A stretch of DNA of 50,863 nt from Alphaproteobacteria bacterium (GTDB lineage: Bacteria; Pseudomonadota; Alphaproteobacteria; Bin95): the NCBI GenBank assembly GCA_026706245.1, contig JAPOZD010000208.1:1-50863 (forward strand). The letters run 5' to 3'. The notes beneath the pieces were generated by a model. The model was not told where the DNA came from and searched no databases. It saw nothing but the letters and a program-made list of their open reading frames with translations. How positions within the stretch are numbered: position 1 is the stretch's first letter; each line of letters opens with the position of its first letter. Below are positions 24,963-35,397 of the stretch, piece after piece. A program made the position numbers and the translations under genes.

Positions 24963-26339
24963 CTACAGTTCGCCGTCGGCTTTCAGCATGTCGAGGGAGC
25001 GGGCGAAGGCGGCGACGGTGGCGTCGATCTCGGCCTCGCCGTGGGTGGCGGAAATCGTGCCGCCCGGCCAGCCGGTCAGGTCCACGCCGTTCACATTCAT
25101 CGCCAGCCTCAGCTTGTGCGCCGCGCCGGGCGCATTGCCCCGGAGTTCCTCATAGCCGCAGGCGAAGGGGTCGAACGAGTCCGGCAAGACATCCTCCCGC
25201 CCGGCGGGGTTGGTGAAGATGTGGAACACCGAGAAGGTGCCGTAGGCGGCCCAAGGGATGCCGGCCGCCCGGATGGCGTCGTTCAGGCCGGCGCGTATCC
25301 TGTCGCCCATGGCGTTGGCGCGCGCGCAGGCGCCTGTCGCCTCCAGTTTGGTCAGCGCCGCAAGGCCTGCGGCCGCGGCCACCGGATTGGCGTTGTAGGT
25401 GCCCTGGTGGCCGACCTTCTCGATGCCCTTCTCCTTGGTGATGTCGAAGTCGAGCCGCTCGAAGAAGTCGGCGCGGCCGGCAAGCGCCCCGCCCGGCACG
25501 CCGCCGGAGACGATCTTGGCGAAGGCCGTGAGGTCCGGGCGGATGCCGTAATGGCCCTGCGCGCCGCCCGGCGAGACGCGGAAGCCGGTCACCACCTCGT
25601 CGAAGATGAGGGCCGTGCCGTTCTCGGCCGTCGCCTCGCGCAGCCCTTCGAGGAAAGCCGGGGAGGCCGGCACCATGCCGGTGGAGGAGCCCGTCGGCTC
25701 CAGGATGGCGGCGGCGACATCGCCGCCGGCCAGCCCGTCTCGCACAGCCTCCAGGTCCTCGGGATCGACCAGCACCGTGCTCTCGGCGATGCCGGGAACG
25801 AGGCCGATGGCCGAGGAGCCGTCGAAATGCGAGTTCTGGCCGGACGCCATATGGTCGTGCCAGCCGTGGAAATGGGTGCGCACGCGCATGATCTTCGTGC
25901 GCCCGGTCGCCGTCCGCGCAAGGCGGAGCGCAAGCAGCGTCGCTTCCGTGCCGGAGGAGGTGAAGCGCACCTTCTCCGCCGAAGGCACCAGGGCCTGGAT
26001 CTTCTGCGCCCAGCGCAGTTCGCCCTGATGGCTTGCGCCGAAATGCGTGCCGCAGGCGAGCGCCTCCGAGATCGCCGCGCCCACATCGGGGTCGTTGTGG
26101 CCCAGCAACAGCGCGCCGTGGCCGCCGAAATAGTCGATATATTCATTGCCATCGACATCCCATTTGCGCGGACCCTGGGCGCGCTCGACATAGATGCCGT
26201 AGGGCTCGATCCGCCGGCTGTCATGCGTGATGCCGGAGGGGAAGGTGCGGCAGGCCTCCTCGAACAGCTTCGCGCTGGTCGGCGTCTTTTCCCGGTAGGC
26301 GGCCAGGATGCCGGAATTGCTGAGCGGGGCTTCGGGCAT
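24963..26339 (-). CDS. class III (PLP-dependent) aminotransferase, glutamate-1-semialdehyde aminomutase-like
   Basis: Internal start MPEAPLSNSG (ATG 26339-26337). YIDYFGGHGALLLGH, TSSGTEAT, LIFDEVVTGFR, and FAKIVSGG with the PLP lysine. Confidence 0.85.
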   Translation of the reverse strand: MPEAPLSNSGILAAYREKTPTSAKLFEEACRTFPSGITHDSRRIEPYGIYVERAQGPRKWDVDGNEYIDYFGGHGALLLGHNDPDVGAAISEALACGTHFGASHQGELRWAQKIQALVPSAEKVRFTSSGTEATLLALRLARTATGRTKIMRVRTHFHGWHDHMASGQNSHFDGSSAIGLVPGIAESTVLVDPEDLEAVRDGLAGGDVAAAILEPTGSSTGMVPASPAFLEGLREATAENGTALIFDEVVTGFRVSPGGAQGHYGIRPDLTAFAKIVSGGVPGGALAGRADFFERLDFDITKEKGIEKVGHQGTYNANPVAAAAGLAALTKLEATGACARANAMGDRIRAGLNDAIRAAGIPWAAYGTFSVFHIFTNPAGREDVLPDSFDPFACGYEELRGNAPGAAHKLRLAMNVNGVDLTGWPGGTISATHGEAEIDATVAAFARSLDMLKADGEL

Positions 26340-26344
26340 GGGTT

Positions 26345-27385
26345 TCACTCTCCGTCGAGTTTGTAGAAGCGCCGCGCGGTGCCGGCGAACAGGTCGGCCT
26401 TCTCGCCCTCCGACGCGCCGGAGGCAAGCTTCTTGAAGGCGTTCCACATGACAGCATAGCTGCAGGACGCCTTGTCCACGGGAAAATTGCTTTCAAACAT
26501 GCAACGCGAGGGGCCGAACGCCTCGATGCAGGTCTCGATATAGGGCCGCCAGACCGCGGCAAGCCTGTCGGAACCGGGCGCCCGGTCCTGCTTGTGGAAG
26601 TCGAACCCATAGACCTTCATGCCGAGGCCGCCGAGCTTGACATGGACGTTCTCGCAGGCGGCGATGGCCCGGACGCTGTCCCGCCAGCCGGGGAAAATCT
26701 CCTCATGGCGCCCGGCATAGGGGCCGATGCCGAGCGGCCCGCCGACATGGTCCAGCACGATGCGCGCCTCCGGGAAGGCGCCGGCGAGGCCGACCACGTC
26801 CGCGAGCTGGGTGTGGTAGAGCCACGCCTCGAAGGTGAGGTCCAGCGCGGTGAGCCTGGCGAAGCCCTCGCGGAAGGCCGCATCTCCATAGAGGCCGGGC
26901 GGCGGATTGGTGTGGCTGTTGCGCACATCCGGGCTCGGATCGTATCCGGCGGCGTGCCGGATGCCGCGGAAGCGCCCGTTGCCGGCGGCGATCTCCGCCA
27001 GCAGCACGTCTTCGGCCGCGGCGCCCAGGGTCAGGTCCGCGAAGCCGACGATGCCGGCGCAGGTCTGCGTCTCGCCGTAGCGCCCGGACGCGCTCATCGC
27101 GGCCGTGCCGTTGACGAACTCGACCTCGCCGATCGGGGCTTCCGCTTCCGGCCCGGCCGACCGGTACATCGAGCCGCATTCGACGAAGACCGTCGCGCGC
27201 ACATTGTGGCCGCTGCCGGTGTCCTCCAGCAGCTCGTGCAGCAGGTAGCGGTGGAAGGGGAAGTCCCAGAGGTGATGGTGTGGATCGACGATCGGCAGGT
27301 CCGGCTCCAGGATTTCCTCCTGCGTCGTCGCCAGCCAAGCGTCATCGATGGCGGTCATCCGCGACTCGACGGAGTTTGCGGTCAT
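26345..27385 (-). CDS. amidohydrolase-2 family protein
   Basis: Start MTANSVESR... (ATG 27385-27383) overlaps the stop of the upstream GST-like gene (ATGA). LPIVDPHHHLWD, VLDHVGGP, CMFESNFPVD. Confidence 0.8.
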   Translation of the reverse strand: MTANSVESRMTAIDDAWLATTQEEILEPDLPIVDPHHHLWDFPFHRYLLHELLEDTGSGHNVRATVFVECGSMYRSAGPEAEAPIGEVEFVNGTAAMSASGRYGETQTCAGIVGFADLTLGAAAEDVLLAEIAAGNGRFRGIRHAAGYDPSPDVRNSHTNPPPGLYGDAAFREGFARLTALDLTFEAWLYHTQLADVVGLAGAFPEARIVLDHVGGPLGIGPYAGRHEEIFPGWRDSVRAIAACENVHVKLGGLGMKVYGFDFHKQDRAPGSDRLAAVWRPYIETCIEAFGPSRCMFESNFPVDKASCSYAVMWNAFKKLASGASEGEKADLFAGTARRFYKLDGE

Positions 27386-28347
27386 TCCAGTCCGATCTCC
27401 TCTCTCACCTCCGGCTCCAGCGCCGCATGGAGCTTCGCCAGCCGATCGTAGCACTTGGCCTGGTAACGGAAATGCGGCTGACGGAAGCGGTGCCCCGCCA
27501 GCACAATATCGACATTACCGGCGGCATTGGCCTTCAGGAACGGCCAGTAGAGCTCGCGCGCCATCTCCAGCAGCGCGGCGACGGCCGGTCCCGGCTCCTC
27601 CCATTCGCCATCCACGCCGGAAAGGTCGTCGGCGCGGCGGACCCAGGCGTCGGTGCGCGGCGCGCGGGCGCGCATGACCGCCATCGGCGTCGGGTCGATG
27701 CCGAGCGTCTTCAGCTGACCGAACAGCGCAAGGTCGGCGACCGACGGGCGCGTGCCGAACAGGAAGCGCCCGTTGGCGACCGTGCTTTCCAGCGCATCGA
27801 GCACGCGCAGATAGCTCGCCTCGAAGAGGGCTGCGGCTTCCGGCGGGCAGCCGACCTGCTCCTTGCGCCCTATCTGGCGCTCCACGAAAGGCGGAACGGA
27901 AGCGGCGTGATCGGCGGCGGAGAGGTCGCCCCGCGCGTCGTCCATCACCCAGCGCGCCGCGAACTCGGCGTCCTTCATCGTGCCGAACCGGTAGTGGTAG
28001 AGGCATTTGGTCAACCATTCGTCGGCCATGTCCTCGATCAGCCGGGCAAGGAAGCGGTCGCGCGGGCGCTCCGGCAGGAGAGAGCGGTCGGGCCCGTGGC
28101 GTTCATCCAGCTCGTCCAGAATCGGTGTGCTGTCCGTCCTGAGCTCGCCGTCCGGGAATTGGAGCACCGGCATCAGCTGCGGGCGCACATGGGCGAGCGG
28201 CTCGTACATCTGCACGAAGCGGCACACCCACCGATAGGGCAGCCGTCGGTAGCGCAGCGCCGCCCGGAGCTTGACCGTGTAGGGCGAGGCCTCGACGCCG
28301 TAAAGGACATAAGGGCTTCCGCCCGGCTCGCCGTCGGCGCGGGTCAA
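27382..28347 (-). CDS. glutathione S-transferase family protein
   Basis: C-terminal 321 codons of ORF 27382..29046: [22 protein letters not shown]..., with a thioredoxin-like N-domain and a helical C-domain. The proposed TTG start (28347-28345) overlaps the aapP stop (TTGA) and is uncertain. Confidence 0.65.
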   Translation of the reverse strand: MTRADGEPGGSPYVLYGVEASPYTVKLRAALRYRRLPYRWVCRFVQMYEPLAHVRPQLMPVLQFPDGELRTDSTPILDELDERHGPDRSLLPERPRDRFLARLIEDMADEWLTKCLYHYRFGTMKDAEFAARWVMDDARGDLSAADHAASVPPFVERQIGRKEQVGCPPEAAALFEASYLRVLDALESTVANGRFLFGTRPSVADLALFGQLKTLGIDPTPMAVMRARAPRTDAWVRRADDLSGVDGEWEEPGPAVAALLEMARELYWPFLKANAAGNVDIVLAGHRFRQPHFRYQAKCYDRLAKLHAALEPEVREEIGLE

Positions 28348-29132
28348 TGGGACAGGATCTGGCTGAGGAACAGTTTCGTGCGCTCGGACTGCGGATTGTT
28401 GAAGAAGGCTTCCGGCTCGTTCTGCTCCACGATCTGGCCTTCGTCCATGAAGATGATGCGGTGGGCGACCTGGCGCGCGAAGCCCATCTCGTGGGAAACC
28501 ACCAGCATGGTCATGCCGCTTTCCGCCAGATCGACCATGACATCGAGCACTTCCTTGATCATTTCCGGGTCCAGGGCCGAGGTCGGCTCGTCGAACAGCA
28601 TGATGCGCGGCTGCATGCAGAGCGAGCGCGCAATCGCGACGCGCTGCTGCTGGCCGCCGGAAAGCTGGCCCGGATATTTCAGCGCCTGGTCGCCGATCTT
28701 CACGCGCTCGAGGAAATAGCGCGCGCGGTCCTCGGCCTCCTTCTTCGGTTCGCGGCGGACCCAGATCGGCGCCAGCGTGCAGTTTTCGATGACCGAGAGG
28801 TGGGGGAACAGGTTGAAGTGCTGGAAGCACATGCCGACCTCGGACCGGATCCGGTCGATGTTCTTGATGTCGGAAGACAGCTCCGTGCCTTCGACGACGA
28901 TCCTGCCGGCCTGGTGGTTCTCCAGCGCATTGATGCAGCGGATGAGCGTGGACTTGCCGGACCCGGACGGCCCGCAGACGACGATCCGCTCGCCGCGATA
29001 GACGGTAAGGTTTATGTCCCGAAGCACGTGGAAGTCGCCGAACCACTTGTTCATGCCGGCGATTTCGATCGCGACCTCACCGGAGGCCGTCATGGCGCGG
29101 CGTTCTTCGTCCCGTTCGGTGGCGGCGGTCAT
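28344..29132 (-). CDS. aapP: general L-amino acid ABC transporter ATP-binding protein
   Basis: 262 aa. Walker [10 protein letters not shown], signature [13 protein letters not shown], Walker [12 protein letters not shown]. Polar amino-acid family pattern. Confidence 0.9.
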   Translation of the reverse strand: MTAATERDEERRAMTASGEVAIEIAGMNKWFGDFHVLRDINLTVYRGERIVVCGPSGSGKSTLIRCINALENHQAGRIVVEGTELSSDIKNIDRIRSEVGMCFQHFNLFPHLSVIENCTLAPIWVRREPKKEAEDRARYFLERVKIGDQALKYPGQLSGGQQQRVAIARSLCMQPRIMLFDEPTSALDPEMIKEVLDVMVDLAESGMTMLVVSHEMGFARQVAHRIIFMDEGQIVEQNEPEAFFNNPQSERTKLFLSQILSH

Positions 29133-29141
29133 GGCGCCTCC

Positions 29142-30458
29142 CTATCGGTGTCCGACATCGAGGTTGCGCTCCAGATACATGGAATAGCGCGACATGGCGA
29201 AACAGAAGATGAAGAAGAACAGCGCGATGAAACCGTAGAGCTCCCACACGATGCCGTTCCAGTTCTGGTCGGCGCGGATCGGCTGCAGCAGGCCCACCGG
29301 GTCCAGCAGCCCGATGATGATGACGAGGGTCGTGTCCTTGAACAGGCCGATGAAGGTGTTGACGATGCCGGGAATGGAAATCTTGAGCGCCTGCGGCAGG
29401 ACTATGAGGCGCATCGACTTCCAGTAGTCGAGCCCGAGGGAATCGGCGGCCTCGTACTGCCCTCTGGGCAGCCCGGCGAGCCCACCGCGGATGACCTCCG
29501 CCATATAGGCCGAGGCGAAGGCGGTCACCATGATGACCACGCGCAGGATCAGGTCGAATTCCGTGCCGGGCGGCAGGAAGTAGGAGAGCAGCAGCCAGGC
29601 GACGAACAGCAGCGTAATCAGCGGCACGCCGCGAATGAACTCGATGAAGCCGACGCAGACCCCCTTGATGAGGATGAGGTTCGACTGCCGCCCGAGCGCG
29701 AGCACGATCCCGATGGGCAGCGAGCCCGCGATGCCGGAGACGCCGATGATGGTGGACAGCAGGAAACCGCCGAGCCTGGCGGACTCCACCGGCTCGAGGC
29801 TGATCGCCAGCACGGTGCTCAGCGCCTCCTCGAAGGCGATGACGCAGAACAGCCACCAGAGCGCCGCCCCGAGGATGCCCGCGCCGACCGCCGCCAGGAA
29901 TGCGAGTCCCTCATCCAGCCTTCCGCGCGCAAGCAGCGGCGGCAGGAAGCGGATGCAGGCCCAGCCGATGGCGATGCCAACGACGGCGCCCACGGGCCCC
30001 CAGAGCGAGCCGCCCCAGATGAGCCAGTAAGCGAGCAGCGGGTAGAGCGCGCTGAAGATGAGCAGCTTGCGCGGCGCGGAACTGAACAGTGCGGGCCAGA
30101 TCGCGACGAACAGCAGCACGAAGGCCAGGATCGGCCGCCAGCGCAGCTCTTCCGGATAGAAGCCGAACACGAACTGCAGGAACCGTTCGTTGATGACGGC
30201 GAGACAGGCGCCGTCGTCCACTTCCCGGCACCCCTGCAGCGACGAGGCGTTCCAGACGGAATCGATGAACAGCCAGGGCACGACCATGGCGAGGATATAG
30301 GCGACGAACGCCAGCGACAGCAGGGTTGCGACCGAGTTGAAGACGCCGGAGAAGAGATTGTCGCGCGCCCAGCCTAGCGCGCCGCCCGTCCTGACCGGCG
30401 GCGGCGACGGCGGGATCTGCTGCTCCGCAACGAATGCGACGGATTTTTCGCCGGCCAC
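29142..30458 (-). CDS. aapM: general L-amino acid ABC transporter permease
   Basis: 438 aa, multi-TM. Contains the EAA-loop region GQYEAADSLGLDYWKSMRLIVLPQAL. Confidence 0.85.
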   Translation of the reverse strand: MAGEKSVAFVAEQQIPPSPPPVRTGGALGWARDNLFSGVFNSVATLLSLAFVAYILAMVVPWLFIDSVWNASSLQGCREVDDGACLAVINERFLQFVFGFYPEELRWRPILAFVLLFVAIWPALFSSAPRKLLIFSALYPLLAYWLIWGGSLWGPVGAVVGIAIGWACIRFLPPLLARGRLDEGLAFLAAVGAGILGAALWWLFCVIAFEEALSTVLAISLEPVESARLGGFLLSTIIGVSGIAGSLPIGIVLALGRQSNLILIKGVCVGFIEFIRGVPLITLLFVAWLLLSYFLPPGTEFDLILRVVIMVTAFASAYMAEVIRGGLAGLPRGQYEAADSLGLDYWKSMRLIVLPQALKISIPGIVNTFIGLFKDTTLVIIIGLLDPVGLLQPIRADQNWNGIVWELYGFIALFFFIFCFAMSRYSMYLERNLDVGHR

Positions 30459-30459
30459 C

Positions 30460-31674
30460 TTAGCGCTCCTTCAGCCTGACGCTTCTGTTGTAGGCGTTCA
30501 TGGCCCCGGAAATGGTCAGGGAGGCCGCCAGGTAGAACGCCATCAGGAGCAGGATGCACTCCATCTCGCGGCCCGTCTGGTTCAGCGTGATGCCGCCGAG
30601 CGTGCCCGTGGCGTCCATGTATCCGACGGCAATAGCGAGCGAGGAGTTCTTGGTGAGATTGAGGAACTGGCTGATGAGCGGCGGCACGATGACGCGAAGC
30701 GCCTGCGGCAACACGACGAGGCTCATGGTGCGCCCGGGCCTGATGCCGAGCGCATAGGCCGCTTCCGTCTGGCCCTTGCTGATGGCGAGGATGCCGGCGC
30801 GCACGATCTCGGCGATGAAGGCGCCGGTATAGACCGAAAGCGCCAGCCACAGGCCGATCAGGCTGTCGCGCATGTAGATTCCGCCCTTGAAGTTGAAACC
30901 CTTGAGGGCGGGAATCTCCAGCGAGATCGGCGAGCCGGCGGCGAAGAACGCGAGCAGGACTGGGATGACGAGAATGGCGAGCCGGCCCCAGAACACCGGC
31001 AGGATCTGCCCGGTCGCCGCCTGCCGGGCCCTGGCCCAGCGGCCGAAATACCAAGCAGCGGCCATCGACAGCAGCAGCACAACGCCGACCGCGGCCGAAC
31101 CCGCTTCGAAGACCGGAGCCGGAATGTAGAAGCCCCTGTTGGTGATGAAGACGCTGTCGAACAGGAGGCCGGTCATCGCATCCTCGCCCCGGAAGGACCT
31201 CACGCCCGGCAGGACTTCATTGACGATAGCGACCGTGAACAGGATCCAGATAAGGACCGGGATATTGCGGACCGTCTCGATATAGACCGTCATCAGCCGC
31301 GCAACGACCCAGTTCCGGGAAAGCCGGAGCACGCCCGCGAGGACGCCGATGACCGTGGCGGTGATGCAGCCCATGACCGCGATGAGGATGGTGTTGATAA
31401 TGCCGATCACGGCCGCGCGGCCGTGTGTCGAAGTCGAATCGTAGTCGAGCAGGTGCTGGTTGATGTCGTAGGCGGAGGTTTCGAAGATGAAACTGAAGTC
31501 GATGTCCTTGCCGAGCGCCTCCAGGTTCCTGACGGCGTTGTCTATCGCCCATGCGAAGGCCAGCATGAGGACGGCCAGCGCAAAGATCTGAATCGTGTAG
31601 GAACGGTATCGGGTGTCGTAGAGAAGCTGGCTGACGCGGAACGGTTCCGGAGGCGGCTGTCCTGAGCTGGACAT
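30460..31674 (-). CDS. aapQ: general L-amino acid ABC transporter permease
   Basis: 404 aa, multi-TM. Contains the EAA-loop region GQTEAAYALGIRPGRTMSLVVLPQAL. Confidence 0.85.
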   Translation of the reverse strand: MSSSGQPPPEPFRVSQLLYDTRYRSYTIQIFALAVLMLAFAWAIDNAVRNLEALGKDIDFSFIFETSAYDINQHLLDYDSTSTHGRAAVIGIINTILIAVMGCITATVIGVLAGVLRLSRNWVVARLMTVYIETVRNIPVLIWILFTVAIVNEVLPGVRSFRGEDAMTGLLFDSVFITNRGFYIPAPVFEAGSAAVGVVLLLSMAAAWYFGRWARARQAATGQILPVFWGRLAILVIPVLLAFFAAGSPISLEIPALKGFNFKGGIYMRDSLIGLWLALSVYTGAFIAEIVRAGILAISKGQTEAAYALGIRPGRTMSLVVLPQALRVIVPPLISQFLNLTKNSSLAIAVGYMDATGTLGGITLNQTGREMECILLLMAFYLAASLTISGAMNAYNRSVRLKER

Positions 31675-31741
31675 GCGTCACGGCTCCCCGTCGAACGCGG
31701 CCGGCGGCTTCACCGTTCGAAGGCCCCCGGCCCGGACAAAG

Positions 31742-31771
31742 AAAGGGCGCTTCCCCGGGGAAGCGCCCTTT
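31742..31771 (-). terminator. intercistronic stem-loop / intrinsic terminator-attenuator between aapJ and aapQ
   Basis: Perfect 13-bp stem aaagggcgcttcc / ggaagcgcccttt with a ccgg centre, 12 nt after the aapJ stop. On the transcript it is followed by CUUUGU. Confidence 0.6.
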
Positions 31772-31783
31772 GAGGTGTAGTGC

Positions 31784-32803
31784 TTACCGGAACGGCGGAG
31801 CGTAGAGGATGCCGCCCTCGGTCCAGAGCGCGTTCAGGCCCCGGGCGAGGCCGATTGCGGTGTTTTCGCCGATATGCTTCTCGAAGATCTCGCCGTAATT
31901 GCCGCCGGTCTTGATGGCGTTCACGGCCCAGTCGGCGGAGAGGCCGAGCATCTCGCCGTAATTGCCCTCGACGCCCAGCAGGCGCTTGATCTCCGGGTCC
32001 TTGGTGTCGGCAGAGGCCATGCTGTCCACATTCGCCGCCGTGATGCCCTTCTCCTCGGCGATGATGAGCGCGTTCAGCACCCAGCGCACGATGTCACCCC
32101 AGGCATTGTCGCCGTGGCGGACCAGCGGTCCGAGCGGCTCCTTGGAGATGATCTCGGGCAGGATGACGTGGTTCTCGGGATCCTCGAAGGTGGCGCGGGT
32201 CGCGGCCAGGCCGGAGGCGTCCGTGGTGTACACGTCGCAGGCGTTCGCCAGGTATTTCTGCTGCGCCTCGGCGTTGGTCTCGATCGGCACCGGCTCGTAG
32301 TTCATGTTGTTGGCGCGGAAGAAGTCGGCCAGGTTGAGCTCGGTGGTGGTGCCGGTCTGGATGCACACCGTCGCGCCGTCGAGCTCGGAGGCGGACGACA
32401 CGCCCATGTCCTTGCGGATCATGAAGCCCTGGCCGTCATAGTAGTTGACGCCCAGGAACGAGAATTTCAGATCGACGTCCCGGCTCAGCGTCCAGGTCGT
32501 GTTCCGGTAGAGCAGGTCGATCTCGCCGGAGGCGAGCGCCGTGAAGCGCGTCTTGCCGGTCGTCGGCGTGAACTTGATCGCATTCGGGTCGCCGAACACG
32601 GCTGCCGCCGTCGCGCGGCAGAAGACGACGTCGAACCCGTCCCAATTGCCGTCGGAGTCCGTGAACGCGAAGCCGGCGAGGCCGGTGGAAACGCCGCACT
32701 GGATGAAGCCCTTGGCCTTCACGTCATCCAGAGTCGCCCCGTGGGCCCCGACGGAGAACGCCGTAGCCGCGGCAGCGGCAATCAATGTCGTTTTGAGTCT
32801 CAT
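31784..32803 (-). CDS. aapJ: general L-amino acid ABC transporter substrate-binding protein
   Basis: Internal start MRLKTTLIAAAAATAFSVGAHG (signal peptide; ATG 32803-32801). GATLDDVKAKGFIQCGVSTGLAGF... is typical of AapJ/BztA. Confidence 0.85.
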   Translation of the reverse strand: MRLKTTLIAAAAATAFSVGAHGATLDDVKAKGFIQCGVSTGLAGFAFTDSDGNWDGFDVVFCRATAAAVFGDPNAIKFTPTTGKTRFTALASGEIDLLYRNTTWTLSRDVDLKFSFLGVNYYDGQGFMIRKDMGVSSASELDGATVCIQTGTTTELNLADFFRANNMNYEPVPIETNAEAQQKYLANACDVYTTDASGLAATRATFEDPENHVILPEIISKEPLGPLVRHGDNAWGDIVRWVLNALIIAEEKGITAANVDSMASADTKDPEIKRLLGVEGNYGEMLGLSADWAVNAIKTGGNYGEIFEKHIGENTAIGLARGLNALWTEGGILYAPPFR

Positions 32804-32992
32804 GGGTTTTCGATCTCCCGTTCGAGTGCTTTGCACAATTGTGCGGAATCGTGCTGCTTTGCCGCCCGGTTGAATTACCCCCAAACTACCGAACGCCACC
32901 TCCATGCTCATGTTACCAACCGGCGCGCCAAACGGCAACCGCGATCCCGCGGTCCGCGGCGCGGCGGGAGCGGCGCGGATTTGAGCCGGCGC

Positions 32993-33790
32993 TCAGGCGG
33001 CGGCGAAGTCCCGGAATGCCCTGGCACCTTCCTGTGCGTGACTGAGCGCGATGCCGTGCCTGGCGCCGGGGAAGACCTGGAGACGGGCGTCGGGCAGCAC
33101 CGTGAGCAGGTCCGCGGCGACGGTCATCGGCAGGAAGGGGCTCGAATCCGGGTGCAGCAGCAGCACCGGGCAGGCAGTTTGCCTAAAGGTGTCGGACAGT
33201 TCCGCGCCCATCAACAGGTCCGCGGCGTCGAGCAGCGACGAGGCGGCCGTGCGGCTCTGGACCTCGTGCATCCACTGCCGTTCGGCGGCGCCGACCTTGC
33301 CGTCGGCAAACCGGCGCGGGACCATCTCTTCCGACCAGCGTTCCATGCCGTCCGCCTCGACGGCCGCCCGCCAGGCGGCCACGTTCTGAATTGCAGGCCC
33401 GTAATGCCCGGTGGAGCAGGCGCAGACGCTTGCAATCCGCTCCGGTTCCCGGGCGGCGGTGAACAGGCAGGCCGTGCCGCCGAGCGATTCGCCGACGAGG
33501 TGGAAGCGCTCGAACCCGGCGGCGTTCGCGACCGCCAGTATGTCGTCCGCCAGCCCGTCGAAGGACCAGCGGTGGTCCGGCCCCGGCAGGGTCGAGCGCC
33601 CGAAGCCGCAAAGATCGAAGCGCGCGACACGGAACCGGTCGATTAGGCCGGGCAGCCAGCCGGACCAGATGTCGCAATCCACCGCGACGCCGTGGCAGAA
33701 TAGCACCGCTTCGCCGGGCGCGTTCCAGGGCGGCACGAGGTCCACGGTCTCCATGTGGAGGGCGTAGCCGGGTCGTTGGAGCATGGTCAT
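32993..33790 (-). CDS. alpha/beta hydrolase fold protein
   Basis: 265 aa. Nucleophile elbow HLVGESLGG, and a late HG (GARHGIAL) consistent with the catalytic His. Confidence 0.8.
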   Translation of the reverse strand: MTMLQRPGYALHMETVDLVPPWNAPGEAVLFCHGVAVDCDIWSGWLPGLIDRFRVARFDLCGFGRSTLPGPDHRWSFDGLADDILAVANAAGFERFHLVGESLGGTACLFTAAREPERIASVCACSTGHYGPAIQNVAAWRAAVEADGMERWSEEMVPRRFADGKVGAAERQWMHEVQSRTAASSLLDAADLLMGAELSDTFRQTACPVLLLHPDSSPFLPMTVAADLLTVLPDARLQVFPGARHGIALSHAQEGARAFRDFAAA

Positions 33791-34019
33791 GGGCGCGCAT
33801 GAAACGCACTTGCCCCCGGCTTGTCAAAACCGGCCGCTACCGCCGCGCGGCCGCCCTGCTCAAGATCAGGCAAGCGCCTCATCTATCCTCGCATTTCTGG
33901 AATTGCATCCCACGATTGCAAGGATGATGCCGGGCCGGCCGGGCAGGACCGCGCCGGCCGGACCGGGACAATCGGCCCCGTGAAACAGGCCTGCCACGCC
34001 TTCGCCGAAACCGGCTAGG

Positions 34020-34751
34020 ATGACGCCCGCCATGGCGATGCTCGAAGTCGAAATCTGGCGCGGGAGCGGCGCGGACGGGGCGTGGCAGCGCTATGCCGTG
34101 CCGCATGAGGCGAACCAGACCGTGCTCGATGTGGTGACGCATGTGCAGCGTTATCTCGACCCCTCGCTCGCCTACCGCTTCGCCTGCCGGGTCGGGATGT
34201 GCGGCTCCCGCGCGATGACCGTCAACGGCCGCCCGCGCTGGACCTGCCGCGCCGACTGCCCTCAGGCCGCGCGCAAGGGCCGGCTGCGCATCGGGCCGCT
34301 GCGCAACCTGCCGGTCATCAGGGACCTCGCGGTCGATATGGCGCCGTTCTTCGAGAAATGGCGCGACGCGGAGGCGCGCTTCGTCCCCTCCGCGGATCCC
34401 CCGGACGAGGCCGTCCGGCCCGACGAGCCGGAACGCATGGCCGCCGACGCCGGCATCGAGTGCATCAATTGCGCGGTCTGCTACGCCGCCTGCGACAGCG
34501 TGGCCTGGAACCCGGACTATCCCGGGCCGGCCGTGCTGAACCGCCTCTGGACGCTGGTGAACGACCGGCGCGACGGCGACCGGGACGGCCATCTGGACGC
34601 CGCCGGGGCGGGCTGCCACCTCTGCCGCAGCCACCAGGAATGCGCCGATGCCTGCCCCACGGGCCTCAACCCAACGGCGGCGATCGCGGGCCTGAAGCGA
34701 GAGACCCTGCGCCGCACGCTCGGCCGCCTGGCGCCAGGGCGCGGGCGATGA
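34020..34751 (+). CDS. succinate dehydrogenase/fumarate reductase-type iron-sulfur subunit (paralogue)
   Basis: 243 aa. CRVGMCGSRAMTVNGRPRWTC (2Fe-2S region), CINCAVCYAAC, CHLCRSHQECADACP. Confidence 0.8.
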   Translation: MTPAMAMLEVEIWRGSGADGAWQRYAVPHEANQTVLDVVTHVQRYLDPSLAYRFACRVGMCGSRAMTVNGRPRWTCRADCPQAARKGRLRIGPLRNLPVIRDLAVDMAPFFEKWRDAEARFVPSADPPDEAVRPDEPERMAADAGIECINCAVCYAACDSVAWNPDYPGPAVLNRLWTLVNDRRDGDRDGHLDAAGAGCHLCRSHQECADACPTGLNPTAAIAGLKRETLRRTLGRLAPGRGR

Positions 34752-35074
34752 AGGAGGCCTGGCTGTTCGCGGCGCAGCGCCTCTCGGCCCTGGTGATGGC
34801 GCCGCTGGTGCTGCTGCATCTGGGCGTCATTCTCTATGCGGTCCGCGGCGGGCTGTCCGCCGATGAAATCCTGGCGCGCACCGAGGGCAGCCTGTTCTGG
34901 GGCGCGGTTTACGGGCTGTTCGTGCTGGCCGCGGCCGTGCATGCGCCCATCGGCCTGCGCGCCGTCTTGCGGGAATGGTGCCGCTGGCGGGGCGCGGGGC
35001 TCGACATCGCCATGACGCTCTTCGGCCTCGTCCTGCTGGTGCTCGGCTTGCGCGCCATGGCGGCCGTGCTGTGA
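34748..35074 (+). CDS. complex-II-like membrane anchor subunit (small hydrophobic protein)
   Basis: 108 aa with three hydrophobic segments. The ATG at 34748 overlaps the upstream stop (ATGA). Confidence 0.6.
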   Translation: MKEAWLFAAQRLSALVMAPLVLLHLGVILYAVRGGLSADEILARTEGSLFWGAVYGLFVLAAAVHAPIGLRAVLREWCRWRGAGLDIAMTLFGLVLLVLGLRAMAAVL

Positions 35075-35397
35075 GACGCGGACCCTGGTGGGCGTTCCTG
35101 CTGCACCGGCTTTCCGGCGTGGCGCTCGCCGTCTTCCTGCCGTTCCACTTCCTCGTGCTCGGCCTCGCGGTGGAGCGGGCCGCGCTCGACGGCGTGCTCC
35201 GCTGGACGGACAACCCCTGGGTCAAGCTCGCCGAGGCGGGGCTGGTCGTGCTGCTGGCGCTCCACCTGACGGGCGGCCTGCGCGTGCTGCTGCTTGAGTT
35301 CGGGCGCTGGTCCGACCGCCAGCAGTCGCGGATTGCGCTGGCGGGCGGCCTCGCTCTGCTGGCGGGTTTCGGCTTCCTCGCGGCGGCCTTCGCATGA
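35071..35397 (+). CDS. complex-II-like membrane anchor subunit (small hydrophobic protein)
   Basis: 108 aa from GTG 35071, overlapping the upstream stop (GTGA). VRRGPWWAFLLHRLSGVALAVFLPFHF... resembles SdhC/FrdC N-termini. Confidence 0.6.
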   Translation: MRRGPWWAFLLHRLSGVALAVFLPFHFLVLGLAVERAALDGVLRWTDNPWVKLAEAGLVVLLALHLTGGLRVLLLEFGRWSDRQQSRIALAGGLALLAGFGFLAAAFA

